DNA of 64,000 nt from Blasia pusilla (Eukaryota): NCBI GenBank assembly GCA_050084515.1, contig CM114271.1, positions 18,662,001 through 18,726,000 on the forward strand, in the 5' to 3' direction. Positions within the stretch are counted from its first letter, which is position 1; each line of letters starts with the position of its first letter. Shown here piece by piece: positions 1-13,433 of this stretch. Below the pieces are notes generated by a model, which worked only from the letters and a program-made list of their open reading frames with translations, did no database searches and was not told the DNA's origin. Made by a program: the position numbers and the translations under genes.

Positions 1-1662
1 TCGAGCCCCATAGCGGCACCTCTCCTCCACAGAATGATGCGGCTACCATAAAACTCCTCTCCATAGAAATGTCAAGAACGGGGTTATCCTCTGCATGGAC
101 ATGTCCCTCAATCAAATCACTAGGCCAAGTGATGGCACTGCTAAATGCTACTAAGGTCACCATCTCTCCTGGCCGTTGCTTGATCACTGCACCTGTGAAT
201 CAAATGGGTAGTGAGCTAAGGTGCCCATCACCTGACTACCATCCTGGTTTGTAGGACGCTCACTCCTCCCAGTAATCCAGGGAAAACCCCATCGGGTATA
301 ACATTGCTCTACCAACCAAGACATCGTAGGACTCTACATCACTCACTATCGCCTTGGCTCGTGCCACGGACTCATCTGTAAGATGTCCCGGGCGAATCCT
401 CACCACGACCTCATGTCGGGTGATAAACTGTGTGGTACTCGCTCCACCCAAGGATGTCTGTATCCGGAATGGACAACGCTCTACATCGGCTCTTGTCAAG
501 CCCAATCCTCTTAATGACACTTTCCCCAACATCAGGGGTTGCGCTCCTGAATCCAACAAGATGCGTTGCGGACTAAAAGCTCTACCTTTGGGACTCACCA
601 ACTCAAAGACCGCTCCTCGGTTATCTAGCAACACAATACCATAAGAAGCCATGGCAAACTCTATCGCGGGTCTAGCAGGCATCTCTGCCATCCTAGCAAC
701 CGCAGCCTACCATGAATCTAACATGGACGGCCCGAGCATCCGCTCCAAGGGCAGGTCCATCACCTCCTCTGCAATCACCTCTGAACGTGATGCAGGAACT
801 CCAACTCCGCGCTCACATAGTGAAGCAGCTAGCCGAAAAGCCTCAGCATGCGCACGCCCCAACGTCATAACATCAAAAGCAAAAAATAAAGGAGTGCAAT
901 ACACAACGGTGGCCACCCCCAACAACGTGCTTGACACATGCCCCTCCTGAGCATCAACAATAGGAGTCATCGTACTCGCTTCTCCCATCGCCCTCCGTGC
1001 CTGCACACCAACAACATCACCAACTCTAGAGGAACTTTGATGAGGACCCATCGATGGGGTCCTCATCGCTTCGGACAACGTGAAAGACTGAAGAAGCCTA
1101 GTCTATTTTCTGGTTTCCCCTCGCTGTGGATCCAACTCTAAGGCTGCTCCACGTGTCACAACTACGGCGGCCTCCATCTAGGAAACCCCACACATCCAAC
1201 CACGATCCTCCAAATCTTAGGCTGCTCCATATGATGTCGATGGCATCGATCCAACATCAGGTAACCTCAATGCCATACCGGAAATCTGCTCCTATAGCTG
1301 TTGTATCTGAGCAGCCATCCCAACCTCACGCTTGGTGTCTCCCTCGGCGCGTCTAGGTGGTGGTACTCTACCTCCTCCACGGGTAGCTCCACCACTATGT
1401 CGGATAACTCGAGCTCCTTGTCCCCCAACGGGACTACCTGGTGCACGATCTCTAGGCCCACTCGGACCAGCTGCTCACTGTGGTGCCCTCTCTGGCCCTC
1501 GGTTCGGACGTAACTCAAGATGTAAACTAAAACACCTAGCACGTGTATGACCATACGTCTGACTATAGTCACACACATAACCTCCTAGTGCAACACCATC
1601 TCCTCCTCCATGTTGAGGCACACGTCCATGACCGTGACGAGTGCAATCGCGTTGATGATGGA
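1..1662 (-). mobile_element. Family-B Ty3/Gypsy element B1, left part (gag C-terminus with Zn knuckle, aspartic protease); continues beyond window start
   Basis: ORF 260-691 has the protease motif ILLDSGAQPL; the sequence is colinear with B2 (about 18900-20430); it is interrupted at 1662 by A1 and resumes at 11488. Confidence 0.9.
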
Positions 1663-2245
1663 TGTCGTGCGAATCCACATCATCATACAACATACATCGC
1701 TGACATACCATACTCACATACATACATAACATAGACGAGAGCATCCACAAACACAAGTGTACCACAACTGAAATCCGTGGAAGACCTATTGTCATAAAAC
1801 ACGAATAGAATCACATACAATCGAGCCAAACCCAATCCACGATGGGAGAATCCAAGTCGAAGCTTGCGGGAACCACCATAGCCAAGAGCTCTACTCACTA
1901 CCAAGGCTAACTCCCAACGCAGCAGGCTCAACTCAAAGAACTAACTGTTCTTTGAGTGCACTCCACACTATATCCTCCAACTTAAGAGCGGGCCCTACTA
2001 GAAAAGTCACCCTCAACTGAGTAACCCCCAACCCTATGTATGAAACCGCATTTCTACCTGGACACCACGGCCCTACATAAGGTATGGCCTCTACAAGCAC
2101 ACTAAACTCTACAAAATAATCCGTATGGTCATGACAATTGCCGTACGAATCCATATCGTCATACAACATACATCGCTGATATACCATACTCACATACATA
2201 CATAACATAGACGAGAGCATCCACAAACACAAGTGTACCACAACT
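1663..2245 (-). repeat. A1 3' terminal repeat block: Y (1663-1769) + X (1769-2136) + AT spacer + Y' (2139-2245)
   Basis: 1663-1769 is repeated at 2139-2245; 1769-2136 is repeated at 11120-11487. Confidence 0.92.
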
Positions 2246-2256
2246 CGCCCCCTAAC
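2246..2256 (-). other. Polypurine-tract-like sequence (sense TTAGGGGGCG) immediately upstream of y
   Basis: Plus strand CGCCCCCTAA abuts Y'; the same is seen at 24661 (A2) and 54780 (A3), with GTCCCCCT at 45583 (C). Confidence 0.65.
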
Positions 2257-2416
2257 TGGCGGTTAGATCCCTCTAACTCCCAGGTAGCCCTATACATCTA
2301 CTACATGCTATACACCTTTGTGGGTGCACGAATTAGAAGGCCGGATGCTAGGTTGCCCCATCGTTAGTCGCATATCTGTAATCCATATCATGCAAAGTTC
2401 AAGTCATGTACCTCTC

Positions 2417-5400
2417 CTAAGTACATCGAGGACAAACCCACCTTCCAGTAGGAACAACATCCATACATGGAGTCAAACACATCATGTGCCAACCCCTAGA
2501 ACACCGATCACACACCAAAATACGGACTACGTTACCAACAGACCCACACAACATGAACCTCAAACTAGCACGTATCATGGCTAAGCTTGGGTCAACAGTA
2601 CCATCCACATTTGGAAGATGACATGACGCACAATTACGCATATGGTCCTTCCAAACAACTCCATCACGACCCTCCAACATGAGAACTCCAGAAGCTAACA
2701 ACTCGCGCACTCATAAAATAGTGCGGCCTGCTGTCACATCCAACGTTGTTGATGCAATCTGCTGCAAATAGACATAGTCCCCCACATGGAACCTACAAAT
2801 TGATGGTCGATAACCTCCATCCCAAATAGTTGCATACCGTAAAGTATCCCTGTGTTGAGCAATGGCAAGATTCTCAAAGGTTGTTGGCATAACTCTCCGA
2901 AAGAGCTCTGCCCGCTGAGAACACACTCTTATCCACATCTCTGGATCATCAAGGTTCACCACCTCACTAGACTCCCAAAAAATTGTTGTTGGCAAGTCTG
3001 GATCTCGGCCGTACAACAGAAAATAAGGTGAGAAGGAAGCCAAGGATGCTTGGCGATTGAACCTATACCCAATGGCTAACCATGGCAACTGAATATCCCA
3101 GTCTCCAAGATGCCCCTTCTGTAGGCCATACTTGCGCAATGCCCTCTTCATCGTCTGAACCACATGCTCAGCCAAACCATCCGCTTCTGGATGATCTTGA
3201 GACGTGGTCCGATGATCAATCAACGCCTTGTCACACAAGACCTGAAACTCACCCTGAAACTCTGTATCGTGGTCGGTCAGCACTTTTGCTGGTGCACCAA
3301 AATGACTAAGCACTCTATCAAGAAACGCATATGCCATTCCCTCACTTGCCTTGTCAGGTAATGCCACCAAATCAATCCACTTGGAGAAGTGCTCCACCAT
3401 CACCAACACATATCGATGATGTCGTACAGTCAACGGTAACGGTCCCGCAAAGTCCACACTCCAACGGTAACCCAACCCCATAATAGCCAAGGGGTGTAAT
3501 TGTGGTGTAGGGGCATTGAATGATGCCCTCACCTGGTCACAAACCATACAATGTGACGCCAACTGCTGCAACTGAGTATGCATGCCACGCCACCAATACT
3601 CACCAAGGAGTAAGCTATACGTATGCTTTACCCCAAAATGTCCCAACTCCTCATGGGCATGTCGCACAATGCGCTCTCTTTGAGCCAAATGGGGCACGAC
3701 TTGTACTCTACCATCCTCCCACACACGTAGAATATGTGTTCCCTCCAATCGATACCTCTTAGCACGTTGAAGAACACGGTCTCGCTCCTTGGCACTCACT
3801 ATGTCTCGCACCCTACTCGTCCGTAGGAACTCCAACACCAACGCATCATCATGAATATCACGCTGATCTGTACCACCATCTCCAACCTTAGGATCAGAAG
3901 GCTGACCATCTACCCTCTGACTAGAGTAAGATGTCATGTGGTCCTCCATACTAGAGTCCACCCCTAACCAACATAAAAAGGCACATGCATGCCAACCTGG
4001 CACCATCTCCTCATCAACCTTGCCATGCCACCTAGCCCCAGTTGCATCCTCTTGGCTAGTACATGGGTTCCTACTCAACCCATCAGCATCAAGGTTGGCA
4101 ACTCCAGGTCTATGTACCACCTGGAAGTCATACTCCTATAAGATAAAAGCCCACCGTGCAAGCTTCCCTGTAAGCTTGTCAGACTCCATCAACCACTTGA
4201 GCGGCTGGTGATCAGTAACAAGGGTAAATTTTGTGCCAAACAAGTAACACCTAAAGTGTGCCACAGCCCACACTACTGCCAAGCACTCTCCCTCATATGA
4301 ACTATAGCGCGACTCCGCTGCATCATTCGAACGACTTGCATAGGCCACCAAAAACTCCATATGCTCATCATCATGTTGTGTCAACGCCGCTCCAAGTCCC
4401 AACCTACTCCAATCAGTGTGTAACTGAAATGGGCGCCCTCTGATAGGTCTCCTCAAGATAGGCGCCGTCACCAATTGGGCTTTGAGCTCCACAAAAGCTC
4501 TCTCATGATCATCTCCCCAGTGCCACTCCTGATCTGATTTCAGAAATTGGTTCAAAGGCTTTGCCATAGCACTAAATCCCTTCACATACCTCCGATAGTA
4601 GTTCGCCAATCGCATGAATGCCCGAACTCTACTCACATCTACCGGACGAGGAATAAGTGCAATAGCATCCACCTTTGCTTGCTGAACTCCCAAACCACCT
4701 AGATAGATCACATGACCCAAGTACTCAACATCCTCATGGAAGAACTTACACTTTCCTCGATACAAATATAGACCATGAGCTTTCAACCGCTCAAACACAA
4801 TCTGCAAATGTATCTGATGCTCCTCCACCGTGTTACTGAATACCAAGATATTATCAATGTAACACCCAACAAAATCCAACTCTGCTAGGATCCTCTCCAT
4901 CACTCTCTAAAACTCGGCATGTGCATTCTTCAACCCAAAGGGTAAGAACTTCCACTGGTACAAACAATCTTTGCCATGAGAGTTGACACCCCAAAATGTT
5001 GTCTTGGCCTTGTCACTCTCTCGAATTGGCAACTGATGGTATCCTGCCCGAAGATCCAAAGTACTAAAAATATTTGCCTGTCCCACCACATCAAAGATCT
5101 CCTCAGTTGTAGGCATGGCATACCTATCGGCCTTGGTCTGCCGATTGATAAGACGCTAATCTCCACACATCCGCCTATCCGTGTAGTTGCCATGCATATC
5201 CTTTTTAGCAGGCATGACAGTGGCTGATGGATACTCTCCATGCGACAACTCCACTAATCCAGCCTCCAAAAGGTCCAACGTCCTACTCAGAATCAGGTCC
5301 TTCTCCATATCACTATATCGGTAGGGACGATAGAAGATTGGCGAATCACTAGCCAAATCAATGCGTATACCGGGTCCAACCAAAGCACCCAACTCCTTCA

Positions 5401-8400
5401 TGCTAAAGGCAAAACAACTCCTATAAGCACGTAGGAATTGTGTCAAGCGTCGTTTCTCACCTCCCCTAAGCTTGGGCCCAAGTAATGGCTCCCAAGTCTC
5501 CTCCACTAGTACACTAGAGGGAGAGGACGACACCATTGGCTGTTATGCAACCCCCTCACAAGATGGTACACCCTTAGCTACACCATCATCTGAGCAAATA
5601 ACTCCTCCACCAGCATGAGCAACCAACTCCACATGCCTAGCCATTACATCTCATTTACTCCAAGATGCAGAATACTATTCTCCTCGCCCCTAGCCGATGT
5701 CTCTACCATCCGGGTAACCATCGAGCTCATCACAAGGGATGGAAGACCCATAGACATAGTCCAAAGTTGACGCTCCTCGACCATCCCAAGACTCAAAATC
5801 CACGTCAAACAATTCAAGTCCATGGCCTGACCCAACACATGACATCGTGAAGCCACAGAAATGGAAGCAACCGTTGTCACACCAGTAGCAAATCCCATCA
5901 CACGCTCTCTCTCATCAGCGTTACGCTCCACCAACTGTCGCACATGAGAATCCCATACAAGCCTGGGACCACCTTCCTTGTAGGCATGTGACGAGGGAAA
6001 ACTCACAAATGTGGGTAGTGCCATCCTAGGCTGGCCCACACAGTTCATCACTGCCATGGGTGACCGATCAATAACCCTCACCACCTGAGAAAGTCGCCCA
6101 GTATCCAAGATACTATCCACCGTAAGGCAAGGATCCCGCTGCACTGCATCATATGTTGGACGTAGAACCTCCCTAGGCAACAAGTTTGTCCACCACAAGC
6201 GTGGACGATGTCCACGCGAGCCAACTCGCGCTGCATCCAACAACACCGCTGGTCCAATCCAAGACCGCACCTCATGAACACTCGCCATCATCCGGGTCCG
6301 ATTGTCACCCAACAATGGCACATTCTCCAAATGTAAGCTGGAGCACGTGCTTGATGAACCTGAAGATGTCATAACACCCGTAACATCTCCCAAAACAATC
6401 GAGACCTAGGGTCGTGTAATCCCTCACCACGACCAACACATGTATGACCCTCACATGGCCATCCAACAATCACCAAATCCACAGGACCAACCCTCTCAAG
6501 GTCTTGCGCCACCAACAATACAATGTGTGACGGCAAAGCACGCTGGTACCCACGAATAGCTTATGGCGGCAAAAACTCATGATATTTCCACATCAACTGA
6601 CCAATATGTCGAGATGAGACTCTCGGGGCCGTCTCATCTTGCTCCACTTACACTTATCTCTGCACAGGAATACCGGCCTGCAACACTGCAGCCAAACCAG
6701 TGCTAATCCCACCAAAGAGATCTAACACACAAATGCCCTCCGGTGGATACTGCCATATAATGGGTGTAGTATCCAAAGGGGATTATGCAACTGGACCAGA
6801 AGTAGGAGTCCGCGGTGGGGCCTCCTCTTCCTCGTGAGGTATAACAGCCTCACACCAAGCCTCCTACACTAGGCGATCAGCCTCCTACCGTAGTGCACCG
6901 CCTGAACTCCAAAGTGGCACATCCAACGATAAGGATGCCACTACTGCAAAACTAGGGACCTCCTCTATCTCCTCATGCACAGGGGAATCCATAGCATAAA
7001 GATTACCCTCCAAAAAGTCTCATGCCCAAGTGACTACTCCACTAAAACCAGCCACAGATGCTAACACCGTTGGAGAAGACCCTCCTGGTCGAGCCCCATG
7101 AATAAATCTCATAGGAACCTGGCTCATACGTCCATCCCCGGACTGCCAACCAGGTCTATGAGACGTTGTCTCAGTCCAATAGTCCATCTGAAAACCCATC
7201 GGGTACAATACTGCTCCTCCAACTAGTACATCATACGACTCGGCTGATGTGACCACTGTAGGTACTCCCAACCGTGCTCTATCAGTCGCATGATCTGGTC
7301 TCAAGTGTACAGACAACTTCTCCCGTGTCATGAATTGAGACCTATCATTGGCTCCTCCAAGTGATGTTTGAATCTAGAATGGGCAAGACTCAAGCTCTAA
7401 CCTCCGAATACCCAAACCAATACATGCCGCCTTTCCCAACATCAAAGGTTGGGCACCAGAGTCTAACAAGACTCTATCAGGTCTATACACCTGTCCTGTA
7501 GGACTCACCAATCGGAATATCCCACTTTGGTTGTCCAACATACATACACCAAGTGTAAGCCTCTCACGATCAATGGCTGGCCGGGCTGCTAATGCATCCA
7601 TCTTCGCCGTTGCTACCTGCCAAGTAGCACTGGTACTCAATGCTACATCTGACATAGAGGGTCGCTCCACCGCAACACCCTCATCCACCTCAGCACGTGT
7701 AGCAGTAACACCCCCACGTTCATACAACATACTTGCTAGCTGAAATACAGGAGCTAAGTTAACTCCTAAAGCCATCAGATCCGTGGCCAAAACAATGGGG
7801 ATCCCAACACTGAAGTTGCCATCCGCAATACTGCACTGGATGCTACATCCGTGTATACTACACGCAATGTAGATGCCTCAATACCCACTGTAGGCTCAAT
7901 AGGTTGCGTAGGAACCATGGATGGAGTCCTAAGCACCTCAGACAACAAGAATGACTGGGGAAACCTAGCCTGCCTCCCAGCCTTACCCCTCTCTGGGTCC
8001 AACTCCACAGTAGCATCACGTGGCTCTGACGCTCGAGTGGCTCCTCTCGTAACTCCAACTGATGCCTCAACCTGTGCTACACTCGCCAGATAAGAGAGAT
8101 CATCCCCTCCATAAGAGGTGGAAGCCCCTGCTCCCAAACCTGCTCTATGCTGGATACCAGCCATAGTAGCCAACTTCTGCTTTAAGTGCTCAATCCTGGC
8201 AGCCATAGCTGACTCTGTCGTAGTGGTAGGGGTAGCCACCGTAGGCTCTCCAACCACTGGTCCACCTCTACCACCCCTACCACCTCTACCAACTAGGCCT
8301 CTCGGAGCTACTCCACCACGGCCGCGGCCTAATCTCAACTCTGGATGAAGATCAAAGCAACGCTCTCGAGGATGACCTGGTCTCCCGTAATGATCACATT

Positions 8401-9600
8401 GAGTTGGGGCCGAGTGAGGCCCATCCTCCAAAGTCCGTCTCCCATCCTCTTGGGGACAAAACCTCCTAACATGATCACCTCCACATGTCCAACATGACTG
8501 TCCTTGCTGCGGGGCAGCAAATGAAGGCAATGGTCTCTGGGCAAGTGTCCCTCTATGACCTAATTGAGGTCGTGTGTACCCCCCACGACTCCCACTACTA
8601 CTACCACTACCATTACTACGAGACTGTGAGGTGGACTGCTGAACATGAGAAGTAGTAGTTGTATCCCTACTGAATGCGGATGTCACCACTCTCTCCTCCA
8701 TCATGTTAAGCTCAATCTTCTCAGATCGAGCAAACACATGGGTCAATATGGGTGAATCATCACTCATAAGAGTAGCATCACGTATCCTGTGGCGCAACTC
8801 TTTTCCAAGATCCCCTACCAAAGCTGGACTACATGAGCCTGAGTCACACCATGGGTAACTGAAATCAAGCGTCGCATACGAGTGTATGCCTCACGAAGAC
8901 TCTCACCAGTCTTTCGCTCAAATTCCTGAAGACTCCTCAACTTCTCTCTCTTCACTCCTTGATAGTTCTTCTTCAACCTCTTGAAGAACTCTGCAACCAG
9001 GCTTAACGATGGTGGGGCACGAGTACCTCCACTAGTACCCCCACTGGTACCCCCACTCCGGCTCGTACTCGTACCACTCAACGTCGGGTTGGTTGGCATA
9101 GTAGGAGCACTACTACCAATACCACCATGGATGATAGACACCTAGCCTGAAGACCAATATTGTCTCCACGCCTCAATCTCAGCAACATGGTCCTTCCTAA
9201 ACTCATGGTAATCATCCATGGGTGGTCCCTCCAAGTGCTGAAACAACCCCTTCTAAGCCAAGAAGGGTGTAAACAACGTGGCGTTCCGAAATATCTATAT
9301 ATCACACCACGTATCAAAATCCTGAATGAAGTCCTCCAACTCAATGGTGCCCACTACACCCAAGTATCGTCGTGGGCCCTTCATGGCCCCATATATCCTG
9401 TCGATGTCCCGAATCAATGGAGCTGCAACACTCGATAACAACGTAGAAGACTCGGTGTTTGGAACACCCTCGTCCTCCTCTTCATCAACCGTCGGAAGTG
9501 GAAAAGGTAGCCAATACCTCAATCAACTCCGTGTAAAACCACCACTATCCGCACCACCGTCCCCAACCAGACCAACAAATAGCTCCGTGATGACCAACGC
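2417..9600 (-). pseudogene. A1 gag-pol: gag (~8300-9600), protease (~7150-7540), DNMT (~5790-6745), RT (~4560-5350), RNase H (~4130-4460), integrase (~2711-3700), PHD (2417-2560); multiple stops
   Basis: Motifs CWTCGGDHVRRFC, LLDSGAQP, LPFGLKNA, CYIDNILVFS, FQLHTDWS..GLGA, TDHQPLKWL, HEELGH..C..C, WSVDFAGP, ADGLAE and C4HC3 PHD are spread over split ORFs. Confidence 0.92.
5790..6745 (-). pseudogene. C5-cytosine DNA methyltransferase domain (DNMT3-like) within A1 pol
   Basis: Motif I VLDLFGGIS (~6705-6735), motif IV DLVIVGWPCEG (~6445-6482), motif VI LENVP, motif VIII HRPRLWWTNL, motifs IX-X ERERVMGF...VLGQAMD. Confidence 0.88.
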
Positions 9601-11108
9601 CAATGCCGCACCACCACCAAATCACCACCACTAAGTAACCAAGTGACGTCGATGTCGCTGTACTATTCTAGCTCTACTAGTTATGGGTGTAGGAAACCTA
9701 ACCTATCATCACCACAAGAAGCCTCCCACGGTCTACTGGTCATCACTCCAACCTCACTACCAGTAGCACACAGGAGTAAAACTATTCTGGAAATCAGCGT
9801 CAACCCTAACAATGGGCGCGCAAGCAAGAAGCAATGATGGAGGGGATCCAAACACAGGAAGTCCAACGACAACCCTCCAATCGCAAATGGAAATCAAGGT
9901 AACACAATCCACCAAACATGGCGCCCCCTGAATCTACAGAATCCACCACACAATTCTAACGCAATAGCTACTCTGCCGTTGGTCGATGACGTGCTACTCG
10001 CACTCGCAGTCCCTGAAAATATCACCTGCGTGGAGAGGCTACACCGTACTTTGTGCTAGAGATCCATCAACCAAAAACCCAAGATGCATAAAGCACCTAA
10101 CACATCTCCAAACAGCACCAAATGAGCTACACCAGTGTGTACACTAGCATAGTTAAGAACGCAGCAGTTAAGCGTCTTCCAGGCAGAATAGCCCAAAGAT
10201 GGGTGACCAGTTATGCAACACTCAACTCACAAATCCTGGATAAACTGCCTCACGCCCAAGCAGCCAAGCTTGCTTGCTTGCTCCTTGGTCCTAAATCCGC
10301 CTCTCACGCCCACTTGCCCCGAGCTACCACGAGTTGCCTCGAAACCTCGAAACGCCGAGAAATGCTCGGGACACGCCCCATTCGCCACGCTTTGCCATAC
10401 TTTGCTATGGAGAGAGGCCCAACGAGGGTGCCCCCAACGGGATAGGCATCTCCAAAAACGGACGAATCACCAACCAACCAGCCCCTCCGATCTGTTGTCC
10501 ACCATAGCCAGACCTTGAGCTAGTCCACTAAATTTAGATCAGCAATTACTCCACAAATCCTCAACCAAAAGTGAATCTGTTTAACCAGAATTCAATTGGC
10601 CACCATAGCTATCTCTCCACAAACAATCGGCTCCAACCTAGTTTTGTACTCCGAGTTAAAAAACAGACAAACTTGTTGTCCATACACCTCCAGAATCGCA
10701 AATCCGACAGCGCTTCCGCCCACACTCATGCACACAAAAATCCGCAACACTCCACAAACTCAAGCAGATAGCTTCACATGAGATCAAAATACAGGTAGCA
10801 ACAAGAACCTCTTACCCAATCTGGATGAACTTCAAAAGAGCTTCCGCACTCCAAGCTCTCCACATCACAAAACCGTCGAACATGAACCAGAATCTTCAAT
10901 CCTTGATAACTTCCAACTTCCTTAACAAAATCCGGCGATCTAAAGCGCGTTGGAAAGCTCTCATCAAGGCACTTCTTTTCCAATCAACCATGCACCAGAT
11001 TCATACCTCCAACATAGGCCACAAGCCACGATCATCCACGGCTGAGTACACAATCAGCCCTAACCAGATCGTACTGATCCACGATCGAAGCTACCATCGA
11101 TCTACTCT

Positions 11109-11119
11109 AGTTCTTTGAG
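11109..11119 (-). other. Non-tRNA primer-binding-site position of A1 (sense CTCAAAGAACT), putative self-priming site
   Basis: Lies directly after the 5' x repeat and is complementary to sense AGTTCTTTGAG inside x (plus 1932-1942; 11283-11293 has one mismatch). Confidence 0.7.
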
Positions 11120-11487
11120 TGAAATTCGTGGAAGACCTACTATCATAAAACACACATAGAATCACATACAATCGAGCCAAATCCAATCTATGATGGGAGA
11201 ATCCAGATCGAAGCTTGCGGGAACCACCATAGCCAAGGGCTCTACTCACTACCAAGGCTAACTCCCAACACAACAGGCTCAACCCAAAGAACTAACTGTT
11301 CTTTGAGTGCACTCCACACTATATCCTCTAACCTAAGAGCGAGCCCTACTGAAAAAGTCATCCTCAGTTGAGTAACCCCCAACCCTATGTATGAAACCGC
11401 ATCTCTACCTGGACACTACGGCCCTACATAAGGTATGGCCTCTGCTAGCACACTATACTCTACAACATAATACATATGGTCATGATA
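11120..11487 (-). repeat. A1 5' terminal repeat x (LTR-like, ~368 bp)
   Basis: Direct repeat of 1769-2136. Confidence 0.92.
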
Positions 11488-13385
11488 TGGGCTCCACCAC
11501 ATGACCAACAAGTAATAGTAGGCGGCGGCTGCTGAGCCGCATATGAAGGCGCAGGTCTTTGTGGCACGGCCTCCTGGTATCCTCCGTGAGCTCGTGGTGC
11601 CATAGTCGACATATCTCGGAGTCCACGTTGCTGCACAGGTGGTGTAGACAGTCGCGACTGGTCTCGCCCAGAACCCATGGTGGCTACGCTCTCCTCCGCC
11701 ATGTTGCGCTCAATGTTCTCGGTTGTCCTAAAATCATCTCTCAATGTAGGGGAGGTATTCATAAGAAGCACCCCCTCCCGCACCCGTATCCGTAGGGTCC
11801 GGTCCAGCGACGAGTGACGTTGATCAACCGGCGCAAGCGAGTGTAAGCCTCACGCAAACTCTCACTCTGGCGCCTCTGAAAGTCATGGATGCTCCGCAAT
11901 TTCTCCGTCCGTACCCCTTGGTAGCTCGCCCTCAACTCAACAGAGAACTCAACCACAGGGTTGAACTTGGGACGAACACGACTAGACGGTGCAAGTACTC
12001 CCGTGCAAGTGACCCCTACTAAAACGTCACTAGTGGAAGAGGAAGTAGCCTCTCCTGACTCCTCCTACTCCTCATCTAGGAACGGCTCCGTCCATGACAC
12101 ATAATGTGGGTCATAGTAGACCCTCCACGTCTCGATCTCACGTGCATATCTCTGAGAGAACTCATGGTAATCGTCCATGGGCGCCCCCTCTAAATGCTAG
12201 AACATACCGTTCCATGTTGTAAACGGGTTGAATTCTCTAGAGTTCTTGACCCTCTGGGAGTCGCACCAACTCCTAAAATCTGCTATGAAATCGTGTAACT
12301 CAATCGTGCCTACTACACCTAAAAACCTACGCGGTCCTCTACCCCGGTCATCCATCTCGTACGCCCAAGTGGTAGGACCACTCACAATGTATGGCGATGT
12401 GCTCACAAACTCCTCTACATCCTCCCCCTTGTCTGACGATGACAAAAAAGGAGGTCGAGGTGGTCCCTCACATGGACACCCTCGGAATCTCGCGCCACTC
12501 CGTGTAAAACCTGTAGAGCTACTCTTGGGTTCACCACCTCGCCTCTCAAAGTCCCGAACGGACTCCATGATGACCCTTGTGTTCCTCTCACCCGATCACT
12601 CTAAACCTCGTGAGTAATCCCTCAATCACTCATCCCAAACATGCGGCACTGGATCTACACTCTCCCTCTCCGCAACGTGTAACGTGCGGCAACACGCGGC
12701 GTGGTGCGGAAAATCGACTAGGCTATCATCTCATCGACAACCTACCCTCAACTCTGGACATCCCAAACAGGTCTATGTCCCCTAAACCACACACATAAAT
12801 GATGTTCTCAGCATCCACACAACCCAATATCCCCAAATAAACTACCCAAATCCCATAATCCCTCACGCGTGCAGGATAAAGGACCAGAATGGGTAACCTC
12901 AACATATGTCGATGTCGCTCCTCAGCAACTCCAAATCTCGACCCCAACTCGGTCATGGAGACAACTCCTCCAATCAGCAAGTCATCCTCCTCCCGTACAA
13001 ATGTTGCTCAAAACCCCTCGATAGACAGTGCGGTTTCACCGGAACGGTGCGGCGTTGCAGGCGGCACGGAACGGCTACGAACAGCACGGCCTTCGATGGT
13101 AGGATGCGGCACTCAAGAGCATACCCTCCTCAATCAGCAATAAACCCACACTCTGCTCCACAATGATGGTGCGGCTCCGTGATCGAGACGGTGCGGTGTG
13201 GCCACGAGCGGCACGGTGCGGCAATCGGCGGCGCGTTGCGGCTACGGGCGTCACGGCACGGTACTCGATCGTCGTTGAATGGCTACCAATCACAACATAG
13301 CAACATGAAATCAAAGCTCAAACACCATAACCGGAGGTCATCTACCATCATAGGTTGATGACGAAATTGTGATGGCGGCTGGGCC
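11488..13385 (-). mobile_element. Family-B element B1, right part (gag N-terminus and 5' leader), 5'-truncated
   Basis: Colinear with B2 20431-22350; ORF 12197-12568 reads GPRRFLGVVGTIELHDFIADFRSWCD; no x repeat follows. Confidence 0.87.
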
Positions 13386-13433
13386 CATGAGATGAGGAGC
13401 TGATGCCGCCTCATCTCAATTGCGGAGATGAGC

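Larger units (their letters stand above)
1663..11487 (-). mobile_element. Family-A Ty3/Gypsy retrotransposon A1 (DNMT- and PHD-carrying, split direct repeats), nested in the gag of B1
   Basis: Begins TGTCGTGCG (1663) and ends GGTCATGATA (11487); flanks TGGA/TGGG are a 4-bp TSD with one mismatch; removing it restores the B gag sequence seen in B2 at 20421-20440. Confidence 0.93.

Noticed and set aside
2139-2245. Y' as an accidental tandem duplication or separate solo-LTR insertion
   Set aside because: The same arrangement occurs in five copies of three families and has no TSD of its own
2246-2420. Chromodomain or tyrosine recombinase ORF after the integrase
   Set aside because: Pol stops right after the PHD, only ~170 bp remain before y, and no YR or chromo motifs are visible
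5790-6745. Bacterial restriction-modification methyltransferase or contamination
   Set aside because: The domain lies inside pol at the same position in five TE copies, its motifs are DNMT3-like, and the window contains a spliced eukaryotic gene
11095-11120. tRNA-iMet-type PBS (a TGGTAG occurs ~20 nt downstream in sense)
   Set aside because: It is not adjacent to the repeat end and does not continue as TGGTATCAGAGC; the self-complementary tract explains the site better
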